DNA from: an uncultured Poribacteria bacterium
GTDB taxonomy: Bacteria > Poribacteria > WGA-4E > WGA-3G
DNA: 64,000 nt
Direction of reading: 5' to 3'
Assembly: GCA_958296135.2 (NCBI GenBank)
Contig: CATQHZ020000001.1
Location: 2,880,001-2,944,000 of the forward strand
Of the stretch, positions 46,848-57,519 are shown piece after piece. Below the pieces are notes generated by a model that saw only the letters and a program-made list of their open reading frames with translations, searched no databases and was not told where the DNA came from. Made by a program: the position numbers and the translations under genes. Position 1 is the first letter of the stretch, and every line of letters starts with the position of its first letter.

Positions 46848-47323
46848 GCATGGCGCGGCACAGGACCGCGCCCTACGGTGCTGGAGAGTTTCTCGTGCCC
46901 GTAGCGCGGGGGCCTGTCCCCCGCGATCGCTGCATGGCGAGGGACAGGCCCTCGCCCTACGGTGGTGCGGCGCGATCGGTGCATGGCGAGGCACAGGACC
47001 GCGCCCTACGGTGGTTCGGTATGCTCGGTGCATGGCGAGGCACAGGACCTCGCCCTACGGTGAGGGTGGAGTGGCTCGCGTCCGTAGCGCGGGGGCCTGT
47101 CCCCCGCGATCGCTGCCTGGCGCGTGACAGGCTCTCGCGCTGCGGTGGTTCGGTACGATCGGTGCATGGCGAGGGACAGGCCCTCGCCCTACGGTGAGGG
47201 TGGAGTGGCTCGCGTCCGTAGCGCGGGGGCTTGTCCGCCGCGCTCGGTGCATGGCGAGGCACAGGACCTCGCCCTACGGTATGGAGCGGCCGGCCTGGCG
47301 CGGGACAAGCCCTCACCCTACGG
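46848..47323. repeat. REP array
   Basis: Alternating inverted GGCGAGG/CCTCGCC and CGCGGGGG/CCCCCGCG hairpins. Confidence 0.9.
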
Positions 47324-47327
47324 ATGT

Positions 47328-48335
47328 TTATTCCTCATCCCAGGGCAGTGGGATACCGAGTCTCTCACTTGCTGCGCGCGCCGATGCTTGTTCCATTTCG
47401 CCGTATCGGATGCCTTTGCGGCGATGTCTTTCTGTGCGTTCTGCCTCAATCGCGCCGGGGAGTAGTGCTTCGTCGGTGCCGGGCATGGGTTCGTAGGTTT
47501 CGCGGATGTCGCGCACCATCCGGTCGACTTCAGCGTGGAATACCGCGGCGGGGACGACGGAGCCAATATCTATTGCTAGCACCATGCCGCCCATGCGGCC
47601 GCCGCTCCACTTCGCCGTGTCTTCGGGTGGCGGTTCGGTGAAGCCGGTCAGTGCGCCGCCGAGCAGACTCGCGATGGCGGTATAGCCGATGCTCTTAAAG
47701 AATGCCGCGGGAATAACAGAAAGCAATGCGTCAAAATCGGGGCCGCGCTGGTAATCCGCCATGATGCAGGTTGCCGCGTCCAACACGACAGGCGGCTCCT
47801 CTCCAGATGGAATGGCAAAACAGATTGGCGGGTTGCCGTAGTATCCGAGTTGCGGTTTTGATTCTTGGTGCCCCGCGTTGCCTTGCCCCCGAGACCCTTG
47901 TACCGAGAAGCCGATGCATCCGGATTCGTTGCAGAGGCGCGCGTAATGTCCGGCGGAGCCGTAGTGCCCGATATAGCGGACGAGTCCCATTCCGATGCCG
48001 ACTTCCTTCGCTTTAGCGATGGCGTATTCGGTGGCGCGCACCATCGGGAGGTATCCGAGGGTGCCGTTGCCATCAAGCACCACCGCGGTCTGCGTTTCAT
48101 GGAGGATGCGGAGTTTGGGACGCGGGTTGTGGCTGCCGTTTTCAAATCCGCCGCAGTAGCCGTTTACTGTCCGAGTGCCGTGGCTGCGAACACCGCGCAG
48201 ATCGGCGTTCACCAACAACCGGCTGATGAGGGCAGCGTGTTCATGTGTCAGGCCCGCTTTTTCAAAGCAGGCTGTTGAGAAATGGAGCAGTCGTTCTTCT
48301 TCGACAAGAACGAAAGTTTCCGGGGGTCTGTTCAT
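47328..48335 (-). CDS. Ldh_2 (malate/L-lactate/sulfolactate dehydrogenase-like) oxidoreductase
   Basis: ADLRGVRSHG, LDGNGTLG, HYGSAGHY, GNPPICFAIP, LLPG. Confidence 0.88.
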   Translation of the reverse strand: MNRPPETFVLVEEERLLHFSTACFEKAGLTHEHAALISRLLVNADLRGVRSHGTRTVNGYCGGFENGSHNPRPKLRILHETQTAVVLDGNGTLGYLPMVRATEYAIAKAKEVGIGMGLVRYIGHYGSAGHYARLCNESGCIGFSVQGSRGQGNAGHQESKPQLGYYGNPPICFAIPSGEEPPVVLDAATCIMADYQRGPDFDALLSVIPAAFFKSIGYTAIASLLGGALTGFTEPPPEDTAKWSGGRMGGMVLAIDIGSVVPAAVFHAEVDRMVRDIRETYEPMPGTDEALLPGAIEAERTERHRRKGIRYGEMEQASARAASERLGIPLPWDEE

Positions 48336-48409
48336 GATGTTGCTCCTTGGACGAATCCGGTGGGCGCGCGTTGCAAGCGCGCCTACCGGGTGCGTGCTGC
48401 GTTTCGCGC

Positions 48410-49567
48410 TTACGGGTCCAACTGTTTATAGAATACCTTCGTCCCGTCCTTGACAGTCATAATAACGACACTCTTGGTAGGATGGCGGTTTGCATTGTAG
48501 CCCGCGATGGTAGTGACACCGACGTAGTTCTTCGTCGCGGCGATTTCATTTCGGATGGCGGTGGCATCGAAACTGCCGGCGCGTTCTACGGCTGCGGCGA
48601 GCAATTTGACGCAGTCGTAGCTGACAGCGATGCCGCCGACCGGGGTGATTCCGTGCAGTGTTTCGTATTTCTTAACAAACGTCTGTATTGTCGGCTGCTC
48701 GGCGTTCGGTGAGAAGTGCGTGCTGAAGAAACTCCCTTCGATTTGCGCTTCTTCACTTTCTAGCAAGGTTGCGCTGTCCCATGCATCTGCGCCGAGGAAG
48801 ATGGTGGGTTTCCCGGCGGCGTTTTGCAGTGCCATAGCGCGCGCCTGCTTCGTGATGTGCACGACACCTTCTGCAAAGCTGGCGATGAAAAGCGCGTCGG
48901 GGGCGGCAGCGGCTACCCGGGTCAGCTGTTCGGTGAAGTCGGTTGCGCCGGCTTCATAAAATTCCTTTGCCACGATTTCGCCGCCCGCTTTGGCGACATT
49001 AGCCGTGAAGATTTCGGTGATGCCTTCGGAATAGACATCTCCCTGTTGCGCTATCACTGCCGCCTTGGTGCCCCCAAGTTCTTTTATGGCGAATTGCGCC
49101 ATCACTTCACCTTGGAACAGATCTGTCGCCGATGCCATAAAGACAAAATCGCCCGCGTTTGTGACGCTCGGGTTCGTCGCTGTCGTCGTAATCATCGGGA
49201 TACCATACTTTTGTGCCACGGGGCCGACTTCAACGGCGTGCGTGGACCGGTTTGGCCCCAGGATAGCGATGACTCCCTCGTCGCGAATCATTCGTTCGGC
49301 AGCCGCGGCAGCAACCGCCGCGTCTTCTATCCCCACTTGGATAACCAATTCGATGGGCATGCCGAGGAGGCCACCCATCTCATTAATCTCGGCGACAGCT
49401 ATCGCTGCACCGTTGGGGAACGTTACGCGGCTCCCTGAGCCGAGGAACCCAATTTTAACGGACTGCGTTTGCTCCGGGGCGATTACCTCTTGGGCTCTGT
49501 TGCATCCAAGGAGCGTCAGCGCGAATGTAAGTAAAGCGAACGTTGCGATACATTTCGTTTTTGTCAT
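48410..49567 (-). CDS. LivJ/K-type ABC substrate-binding lipoprotein
   Basis: LLGC lipobox, AVAEIN..GGLLG, ATNPSVT, DFTEQL, FLGADAWD. Confidence 0.9.
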   Translation of the reverse strand: MTKTKCIATFALLTFALTLLGCNRAQEVIAPEQTQSVKIGFLGSGSRVTFPNGAAIAVAEINEMGGLLGMPIELVIQVGIEDAAVAAAAAERMIRDEGVIAILGPNRSTHAVEVGPVAQKYGIPMITTTATNPSVTNAGDFVFMASATDLFQGEVMAQFAIKELGGTKAAVIAQQGDVYSEGITEIFTANVAKAGGEIVAKEFYEAGATDFTEQLTRVAAAAPDALFIASFAEGVVHITKQARAMALQNAAGKPTIFLGADAWDSATLLESEEAQIEGSFFSTHFSPNAEQPTIQTFVKKYETLHGITPVGGIAVSYDCVKLLAAAVERAGSFDATAIRNEIAATKNYVGVTTIAGYNANRHPTKSVVIMTVKDGTKVFYKQLDP

Positions 49568-49678
49568 ATCATCACCTTTTCTAAAAAAAAGTTTGTCTTA
49601 TTAAGCAATTTCTGATATAATCAGAATAGTTTTGTTATTATACCTTAACTTTGCGAAAATAAGCAAGCAATTTTGATT

Positions 49679-50404
49679 ATGGCTCTCATCACAGTCATCG
49701 GGCGTGGCCATTCTGGGACGCGCGCCATTTCTCACACGTTATACGCCAGCGGTGTTTTCATGGGCAGTCAGTTGAATCCGTCCGGGGATAAAATCCCGCC
49801 GCACGCCATGTATGACGCATGCCGCGTGATGGCACAGTCCGTTAAATGGCACGGCGGCCTCTCCTGGGGATTTGAACGGCTGCTAACGATGCCGATTGAT
49901 TCGGCGTTCAAGCGGCTTATCAACGACTACCTTGCGGATGTCCTCGAAAATGATGCTGCGCATAAAGGTTGGAAGCTTCCGGAAACGACGTTGGTTTACC
50001 CGTGGATAGCGCGGATGTTTCCGGAAATAAAATTCATCCATTGGATTCGCGACCCGAGGGACTGCATTTTGGGTAGCCACAAGACGGACGATTTGCGCGA
50101 TTTCGGCATCAATTACCCGCAAACTGACGATGTCTATGAGCGACGCGCGATCTCTTGGGTTTATCAATATCGGTTGATGCAGGCAACGCCGGCACCTGAG
50201 AACGTCACCCAGGTCCGCTTTGAGGACTTCGTGCTGAAGCAGGAAGAGACACTCCAGCGGCTTGAGGCATTTTTAGGGATACCGTTGGGTAGGATTATCG
50301 TCCGGCCGGACGCGGTCGCGCGCTGGAAAAGGGAGCCGGACGAACGGCGATACAATTTTGAATTTCTTCACGAGGCGATTGTTGAAAACGGTTATCTATT
50401 GTGA
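49679..50404 (+). CDS. Sulfotransferase family protein
   Basis: IGRGHSGT, GWKLP, IHWIRDPRD, VRFEDF. Confidence 0.85.
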   Translation: MALITVIGRGHSGTRAISHTLYASGVFMGSQLNPSGDKIPPHAMYDACRVMAQSVKWHGGLSWGFERLLTMPIDSAFKRLINDYLADVLENDAAHKGWKLPETTLVYPWIARMFPEIKFIHWIRDPRDCILGSHKTDDLRDFGINYPQTDDVYERRAISWVYQYRLMQATPAPENVTQVRFEDFVLKQEETLQRLEAFLGIPLGRIIVRPDAVARWKREPDERRYNFEFLHEAIVENGYLL

Positions 50405-50407
50405 GGC

Positions 50408-51449
50408 TGCCGCGCTGCGGTGCAAAGGCCTCTTCATCCGTAGGTTGAGGGCCTGTCCCTCAACAGGCATCGATTCGGCTAACGGCCCTCGCGCGACGGT
50501 GATAAGAAGCGTTCCTTGTACCGTAGGTTGAGGGCCTGTCCCTCAACAGGCATCGATTCGGCGGGGCGGTGCATCGCGAGGCACAAGACCTCGCGCGACG
50601 GTGATAAGAAGCGTTCCTTGTACCGTAGGTTGAGGGCCTGTCCCTCAACAGGCATCGATTCGGCTAACGTCCCTCGCGCGACGGTGATAAGAAGCGTTCC
50701 TTGTACCGTAGGTTGAGGGCCTGTCCCTCAACAGGCATCGATTCGGCGGGCGGTGGATCGCGAGGCACAGGTTGTCCCTCGCGCTGCGGTGCAAAGGCCC
50801 CTTCATCCGTAGGTTGAGGGCCTGTCCCTCAACAGGCATCGATTCGGCGGGGCGGTGGCATCGCGAGGCACAGGTTGTCCCTCGCGCGACGGTGATAAGA
50901 ACCGTTCCTTGTACCGTAGGTTGAGGGCCTGTCCCTCAACAGGCATCAATTCGGCTAACGGCCCTCGCGCGACGGTGATAAGAAGCGTTCCTTGTACCGT
51001 AGGTTGAGGGCCTGTCCCTCAACAGGCATCGATTTGGCTAACGGCCCTCGCGCGACGGTAGAATGGGCGGTTTTGAGGGGTCGGTGCATCGCGAGGCACA
51101 GGACCTCGCGCTACGGTGCAAAGGCCCCTTCATCCGTAGGTTGAGGGCCTGTCCCTCAACAGGCATCGTTCGGCGGGGCGGCCCTCGCGCGACGGTAGAA
51201 TGGGCGGGTTTGAGGGGTTGGTGCATCGCGAGGCACAGGACCTCGCGCTACGGTGCGGGCAGGCTGCTCCGTAGGTTGAGGGCCTGTCCCTCAACAGGCA
51301 TCGATTCGGCGTGACGGCCCTCGCGCTACGGTGGGAGAAGGCGGTTTTGAGGGGTCGGTGCCTCGCGAGGGACAGGCCCTCGCGCTACGGTAGAAGGGGC
51401 GGGTTTGTTAGGCGTTGCTTCGCGAGGCACAGGACCTCGCCCTACGGTG
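50408..51449. repeat. REP array with nine CCGTAGGTTGAGGGCCTGTCCCTCAACAGGCATC units and inverted partner REPs
   Basis: Copies near 50438, 50521, 50623, 50706, 50807, 50914, 50997, 51134, 51269; linkers are themselves repeated. Confidence 0.92.
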
Positions 51450-51505
51450 AGAGCGGGCGGGCGGATTTCTATATCCGCCTGCTCCCATGAAATTGAGGAA
51501 CCATT

Positions 51506-52528
51506 ATGTCAAAAAACATTTATCGCGTTGGGCTTGTCGGCACAGGCGGCATCGCCCGGGCGCACGGCAAGGCATGCCAACTCGCAGAAAGTGCCGAATT
51601 GGCGGCCGTCTGCGATGTGTCAGAGACAGCATTAACCCGTTTCGGCGAGCAGTTTGAAGTGAGTCCTGAAAACCGCTACCTCTCGTTAGATGAGATGTTG
51701 GCGACTGAAAATTTGGATGTCGCGATTATCTGCACGTGGGGTGCTTATCACGCCGAGACAGGCATCCAAATCGCCGAGTCCCGTCAGGTCCGGGCGATTT
51801 TGTGCGAGAAGCCGTTCACGTCAACGGCGGCGGAGGCAGAGGCGTTCGTCGGCGCGGCGCGGGAGAACGGCGTGCTTGTCGCCGAGGCGTTCAAGTTTCG
51901 GCATCATCCGATGCATCTCAAGGCGAAGGCACTCATTGATTCGGGTGCAATCGGTGAATTCCTGACGTTGCGCAGCACGTTCTGCACCGGCGGTGGCGGC
52001 GGTGGTCCGGAGACGCGCCGCCCAGAGGCGAATTGGCGGTTCAACAAAGCGAAAGGCGGCGGCAGTATCTATGACCTGGGTTGTTACTGTATTCACCATG
52101 CGCGCTTCATGTTCGATGCCGAACCGATCCGGGTCTCGGGCGCGTCACAGGCTGGTTTAGAAGTAGACGACGCGGCGTATCTGCTGCTCGTCTTCCCCGG
52201 CAACCGAACAGCGCAGATCTCTGTCGGGTTCAATTGTGCCGGTGGGCAATACGCGGAGATGTCTGGCACGGGCGGTATGTGTCGCCTCGACCGGGTGTGG
52301 AACAACGAGGATTCGCCTGTTAACATTGAGCTCACTACGCGGGGTGGCCGCGAGGTGATTGATATTGAGCCGTGCTTCCAGTTTGCGTTGCAGCTGGAGC
52401 ATCTCTGTGAGTGTTTAGCGACGGGGAAGCCGCACCGGATTTCGCCGGAGAGTTGCGTCAATCAGATGCGCGTCATCGATGCTGCTTTTGAAGCGATGGC
52501 GACGGGGAGAACGGTGGAATTACGGTAG
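51506..52528 (+). CDS. Gfo/Idh/MocA family oxidoreductase
   Basis: VGLVGTGGIA, ILCEKP, GGGSIYDLGCY. Confidence 0.92.
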   Translation: MSKNIYRVGLVGTGGIARAHGKACQLAESAELAAVCDVSETALTRFGEQFEVSPENRYLSLDEMLATENLDVAIICTWGAYHAETGIQIAESRQVRAILCEKPFTSTAAEAEAFVGAARENGVLVAEAFKFRHHPMHLKAKALIDSGAIGEFLTLRSTFCTGGGGGGPETRRPEANWRFNKAKGGGSIYDLGCYCIHHARFMFDAEPIRVSGASQAGLEVDDAAYLLLVFPGNRTAQISVGFNCAGGQYAEMSGTGGMCRLDRVWNNEDSPVNIELTTRGGREVIDIEPCFQFALQLEHLCECLATGKPHRISPESCVNQMRVIDAAFEAMATGRTVELR

Positions 52529-53525
52529 AAGGGGCCCCTTAGTCCGTAGGGCGCGGTCCTGTGCCGCGCCATGCCGCGGTCTATCAAGAGGGCTCGCGAG
52601 GGACAGGTTCTTGCGCGATGTGAAAAGGTGCCTTTCTTGTCGCGTGAACGATCGCGAGGGACAGGCCCTCGCGCTACGGTTCAAAGGGGCCGTCGGTGAA
52701 AAGGGCCCCTTAGTCCGTAGGGCGCGGTCCTGTGCCGCGCCATGCCGCGGTCTATCAAAAGGCTTCGCGAGGCACAAGACCTCGCGCGACGGTGAAAGGG
52801 GCCGGTTTGTGTGGTCGAGAGATCGCGAGGCACAAGACCTCGCGCTACGGTAGAAGGGGCCCCTTAGTCCGTAGGGCGCGGTCCTGTGCCGCGCCATGCT
52901 GCGGTCTATCAAGAGGGCTCGCGAGGGACAGGTTCTTGCGCGATGGTGAAAAGGGGCCTTTCTTGTCGCGTGAACGATCGCGAGGGGAACCCTCGGCGAT
53001 TAGCGATCGCCGGGCCCTCGCGCTACGGTTCAAAGGGGCCTTCGGTGAAGGCCCCTTAGTCCGTAGGGCGCGGTCCTGTGCCGCGCCATGCATTGGTCTA
53101 TCAAGGGGGCTTCGCGAGGCACAAGACCTCGCGCTACGGTGAAAGGGGCCGGTTTGTGTGGGCGAACGATCGCGAGGGACAGGTTCTTGCGCGATGTGAA
53201 AAGGTGCCTTTCTTGTCGCGTGAACGATCGCGAGGGACAGGCCCTCGCGCTACGGTTAAAAGGGGCCGTCGGTGAAAAGGGCCCCTTCGTCCGTAGGGCG
53301 AGGGCCTGTGCCGCGCCATGCCGCGGTCTATCAAGAAGGATCGCGAGGGACAGGCCCTCGCGCTACGGTTCAAAGGGGCCCTCGGTGAAAAGGGCCCCTT
53401 AGTCCGTAGGGCGCGGGCCTGTGCCGCGCCATGCCGCGGTCTATCAAAAGGCTTCGCGAGGCACAAGCCCTCGCGCTACGGTGAAAGGGGCCGGTTTTGA
53501 GGGGCACAAGACCGCGCCCGACGGG
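52521..53525. repeat. REP array (inverted REP pairs with conserved linkers)
   Basis: CCGTAGGGCGCGGTCCTGTGCCGCGCCATGC and CGCGAGGGACAGGCCCTCGCGCTACGG units with AAAGGGGCC..GGCCCC linkers. Confidence 0.92.
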
Positions 53526-53706
53526 AAAACAGATTTTTAATTCGACAAAAACGCGAAAATAGGGTACTATATAAACAATGTTTTATTTTGCTCTCATTTT
53601 CACGCCGAAACAATGAGGAAAAACTCATGAAATATCTATCGACTCTCACCCTAGCGGCACCCATTGGCCGCTTGAAGACTGCTGTCACCGCGTTGCTGCC
53701 AAAGCT

Positions 53707-56700
53707 GTGCGCGTTTGCGCGTTGCGGTGCCGACTTCACCCGATTTACCCCCCCCTTGCTCTACGTCCGTTAACCTATGAGCCGCACAGCGGGAAGACGC
53801 ACGGCGGCACGGACACGCCACGCTTCCCGCGAAACCGACACGTTTTCACGGGGAGCCTGCTGCTTTGGTTCGCCCTGCTCACATTGTTTGCACTCCCGAT
53901 GGAGACAGCGGCGCAATCCTGGTCCTTCAAAATCAATTGGATCCGGGTCTATAAAAATCCGAAGACCACGCCTTACGCTACGCTGCGAGCACAAAAGAAG
54001 GTGCTCGGTAGAACGGTGTGGGGAAGGAATCCGTCTGGCAGACGTTACAATTCTTTCCCGTTCCCTCACGTTATCAATCCGGGTGACGGTTTTGCCGGAA
54101 AGAACGCGCCGCTTCTTCCTTCTCTGCATGTGGATGGGGAGAGTGAGCCTAGTTATGAGGATGTGCTTAACGATAAGGTGTTGGACCTGGATACCCTTTT
54201 CTGGGTGGATTTCGATCCGTATGAGGGCTCCCTATTTGATACCGGTGCCAACAGTGGGCTTGTCACCGCCACGGAAAACACCGTGGTGCGCCCTGGGGAT
54301 CTAGTCGCGATTGCGGTGAACATCGAGACATCGGAAAGTCGTGGTAGCGTAGAACCAGACATGGTACTCATGAAGGGCAAGCCGGAAGAGATGCGCCTCA
54401 ACCCCAACTATCCGCTGAATCACTATCTGAAGTTTAACGGTGACCCCAGCGACCCTCTCAATGATTTGGAGCGTTACATAGACCCGGATCCCGAGAATCC
54501 TGAGCTCAACGCCCATCAGGATGGGGGCGACTTCGGCAACCTCAGACTCGATAATGACTACCTCTTGGAATACATCGCCGACGTTGGAGACTATCGGGAT
54601 ACCCCCAGGCATACGCTCGTCTACCAGTTTCGGGTGGAAGCGAAGCATGTCGCGCTGAATGCAGAAGGCACTTGGATGAAAGGCGGACCCGAGAACGTGA
54701 ATCCGTTTAATGTCCTCTGGTCTCCTCCTGATAATTTTGATATATGGGCCCCCGCCACCACTGAATACGGACTCGGCACCGCCTGCAATACCGCAGCCCC
54801 GGATATTGCGGATGAACCCATCAATGATCCTTGCCGGCCCACGTTTGACACCACCGATGCCGGGAAGGGGGGCCCTGTCTATTATCCGCGGATAGGTGAC
54901 TACGAGGCGATGGCAGACATAGTTGATGTCCCCACGGAGCCCCAGACGGGGCCGTTTGCCGTGACGCTGCGCTTCTATGAGGACTACGGTGACTACGGGC
55001 GCGCGTATGTGCCCCATGAAAGGAGTGATGCCTTTTTGGCGGCGTTTCAAACCAAACTGGCAGCCGGCGTGCCGCAAGGCACGGTGACTGATATTGAGCC
55101 ACTGAGCGTTCAGTTCTCGGCGAATGGGCAGCGGCAGGAGTATACCCGCTACAAAGTCACCATTACCCCGGGCTTAGGGCTCAGCGAGATGACACTCCAG
55201 GTGCCGGCGGAGACGGTGGCTGATATTCTCGGGCGGGGCAATCAGGCCTCACCCCGCGTCACGGTGCCGGTAGATACGGCGCTGCGTCTGGTTGCGGGGC
55301 AACAAGCGGCGATTGTTCCCTCCGAATCCGGCGCGTATCTCAGCGGCGATGAGATAGAGGTGCAAGTGCCGTTTGCGGCATCGGGTCTGACGTATACGGG
55401 TGACAACCCGCCGTATGTGACGATATATCTGGGTGAGCGGGTAGCGGCGCATGCGCGGCATGCTGTGTGGCAGCGAGGCGAGGAGCGTTCAGGTTCCACG
55501 ATAGTGCCGTTCGTGTATACGGTGCACGTAGGAGATCCGGTAGTCGCATCGGTGAGCGTAGACATCAACAGTTTGTCGATTCCAGCCGGGACGACGCTAG
55601 TGAGTGCGTCGGGTTTTGAGCGTCGCGGTACAGCCGCGCCGGCTGTCATTTCAGGTGAGGTTGCGCCGGTATCGGCTGCGTCGGATGTGCCGGTTGTTGA
55701 AATCGTCAACGCGGCGGGTGAGCGGCCATCGGCACTGACAGCCGAGGTGTCGGTGGTACCGGTGGTGCCGGTGGTGGTAGAGGAGACAGCACCGAAGGCA
55801 GCTGCGTCGGATGTGCCGCGCAGTCCGCTGGTTTTCAATGAACTCGGCAATGGCAGCGGTGCGGCAAATGACTGGCTGGAATTGCGGAATGTCACGGGCG
55901 CGGCTGTCTCCCTGAAAGACTATGAGCTCAGCGTCGTGCAAGATGACAAAAAGGAAGATACGTCGCTGCTTGTTTTCGCGGATGTGAGCGTGCCGGCAAA
56001 CGGCCTGCTGTTGGTAACAAACAGCGCGCCAGAGAAAACGCCGCTGGCAGGTGGTGCCAAGAAAGGGTTGTCGCATGCGTTTTTGGTGGATGCAGGGCTC
56101 TCGCTGCCGGATGATGGGAAGTTCCTGTTGATTCTGCGAAACGCCAAGGAGAAACTTGGCATGAACGCGGCGTTCGTGGATGTCGCCGGTGGCGGTGGCA
56201 GTGACACGGATGCGTTCGTTCGCGAGCAGACGGGCGACTACGATACGCACGTCTGGCCGTTGCAAGTGCTACAAGCTCCCGGTGGTGATACGGAAGACGC
56301 GCTGAGTTCGGGCAAAGTGTGGCAGCGCGCGAAAGCGGATATCGTTGGGTATCACAAAGATGCATGGGCAGCAGCGGCGTTCACCGGTATCGGCTATGAT
56401 AGGAAGGTGACGAAGTCTGCTGCCACCGCTGGCACGCCGGGGTATCCGAATGGTGCCGTGAAAACGGCAGCAGCTACGCCGAAGGGCAGTATCACCATCA
56501 GCGAAGTGATGTTTGATTCGGGTGGTGGCACGCTGCCGCAGTGGATAGAACTCTATAATGCCTCGAAAACGGAGGCACTGAATCTGAACCGGTGGCAATT
56601 GGAGTTCCAGAACGTCGATTCGGAAGATTTGGTAGGCAGACCTATTGTGGCGTTGACGTTGCAAGAGAAGGTGATTCAACCGAATCAGACGCTGCTCATC

Positions 56701-57480
56701 GTTGCGGGCCCTGCGCGTGCCTCGTCGGCGGATGTTTTCCCGGCCGATAGGGTTTACAACCTATTGGCATTGCATCAGAGGAATCTGCGCATCAAGACTG
56801 CGCGGGATACGTTCCTGAGCGCGGAAGGCTTCTATCTGAAACTTACCGATAGCAACGGTAACCTCGTAGACGAAGTCGGCAACACCGATGGCAATCGTCG
56901 GACGAAGGATGCGCCGGCGTGGGCGTTACCGGTGAGTGGCGAGGCAGGCGTTCGGAGTTCGCTCATCCGCCGTTACAAGGATAACGTGGCGCGAGATGGG
57001 AAGGAGAAGGCCAGCTGGGTCTTGTCTGCGAACGTCCGGCAGGTTGCCACGGGCGAACTCCATTATGGGCATGCTGACGATATCGGCACGCCGGGGTATC
57101 GGAAAGGCGGTGCGTTGCCGGTGGAGTTATCAAGTTTCACCGTGTCTCGCACGGAGGCCGGCGCGGTTGTCGTGACATGGACGACGGAGTCTGAGGTGGA
57201 TAACGCCGGGTTTAATCTGCGTCGGAGCGAGCGGCGCGATAGTGGATTTACGCTGCTGAATGCTGCGCTGATTGCGGGTGCTGGCACGACGGGTGAACGG
57301 CAAACGTATACGTTTACGGATACGTCGGCGAAGCCGGGTGTTGCGTATTACTATCAAATCGAGGAAGTGGCGTTTGATGGGCGGCCGCAGACGTTAGTGA
57401 CGCGTCGGTTGCGGGGCCCTGTGTCTGCGGCGCATCGGCAGTTGACGACGTTCGGTGCTGTTAAGCGGCGGGCGAAATAA
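53707..57480 (+). CDS. Large secreted lamin-tail-domain protein; true start probably ATG 53627 via a poly-C frameshift
   Basis: Signal-like LLLWFALLTLFALPMETAAQ; LVFNELG..DWLELRN and ITISEVM..QWIELYN lamin-tail motifs; C-terminal LPVELSSF..WTTESEVDNAGFN. Confidence 0.8.
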   Translation: MRVCALRCRLHPIYPPLALRPLTYEPHSGKTHGGTDTPRFPRNRHVFTGSLLLWFALLTLFALPMETAAQSWSFKINWIRVYKNPKTTPYATLRAQKKVLGRTVWGRNPSGRRYNSFPFPHVINPGDGFAGKNAPLLPSLHVDGESEPSYEDVLNDKVLDLDTLFWVDFDPYEGSLFDTGANSGLVTATENTVVRPGDLVAIAVNIETSESRGSVEPDMVLMKGKPEEMRLNPNYPLNHYLKFNGDPSDPLNDLERYIDPDPENPELNAHQDGGDFGNLRLDNDYLLEYIADVGDYRDTPRHTLVYQFRVEAKHVALNAEGTWMKGGPENVNPFNVLWSPPDNFDIWAPATTEYGLGTACNTAAPDIADEPINDPCRPTFDTTDAGKGGPVYYPRIGDYEAMADIVDVPTEPQTGPFAVTLRFYEDYGDYGRAYVPHERSDAFLAAFQTKLAAGVPQGTVTDIEPLSVQFSANGQRQEYTRYKVTITPGLGLSEMTLQVPAETVADILGRGNQASPRVTVPVDTALRLVAGQQAAIVPSESGAYLSGDEIEVQVPFAASGLTYTGDNPPYVTIYLGERVAAHARHAVWQRGEERSGSTIVPFVYTVHVGDPVVASVSVDINSLSIPAGTTLVSASGFERRGTAAPAVISGEVAPVSAASDVPVVEIVNAAGERPSALTAEVSVVPVVPVVVEETAPKAAASDVPRSPLVFNELGNGSGAANDWLELRNVTGAAVSLKDYELSVVQDDKKEDTSLLVFADVSVPANGLLLVTNSAPEKTPLAGGAKKGLSHAFLVDAGLSLPDDGKFLLILRNAKEKLGMNAAFVDVAGGGGSDTDAFVREQTGDYDTHVWPLQVLQAPGGDTEDALSSGKVWQRAKADIVGYHKDAWAAAAFTGIGYDRKVTKSAATAGTPGYPNGAVKTAAATPKGSITISEVMFDSGGGTLPQWIELYNASKTEALNLNRWQLEFQNVDSEDLVGRPIVALTLQEKVIQPNQTLLIVAGPARASSADVFPADRVYNLLALHQRNLRIKTARDTFLSAEGFYLKLTDSNGNLVDEVGNTDGNRRTKDAPAWALPVSGEAGVRSSLIRRYKDNVARDGKEKASWVLSANVRQVATGELHYGHADDIGTPGYRKGGALPVELSSFTVSRTEAGAVVVTWTTESEVDNAGFNLRRSERRDSGFTLLNAALIAGAGTTGERQTYTFTDTSAKPGVAYYYQIEEVAFDGRPQTLVTRRLRGPVSAAHRQLTTFGAVKRRAK

Positions 57481-57519
57481 ACGGTGGGCGGGGGAAACTT
57501 GTGCCTCGCTGTGCATCGG

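Noticed and set aside
50408-51449. CRISPR array (regular ~35-40-bp palindromic repeat)
   Set aside because: The intervening sequences are repeated and contain inverted REPs, spacing is irregular (83 to ~137 bp), the repeat starts with the REP GTAG foot, and no cas genes are present
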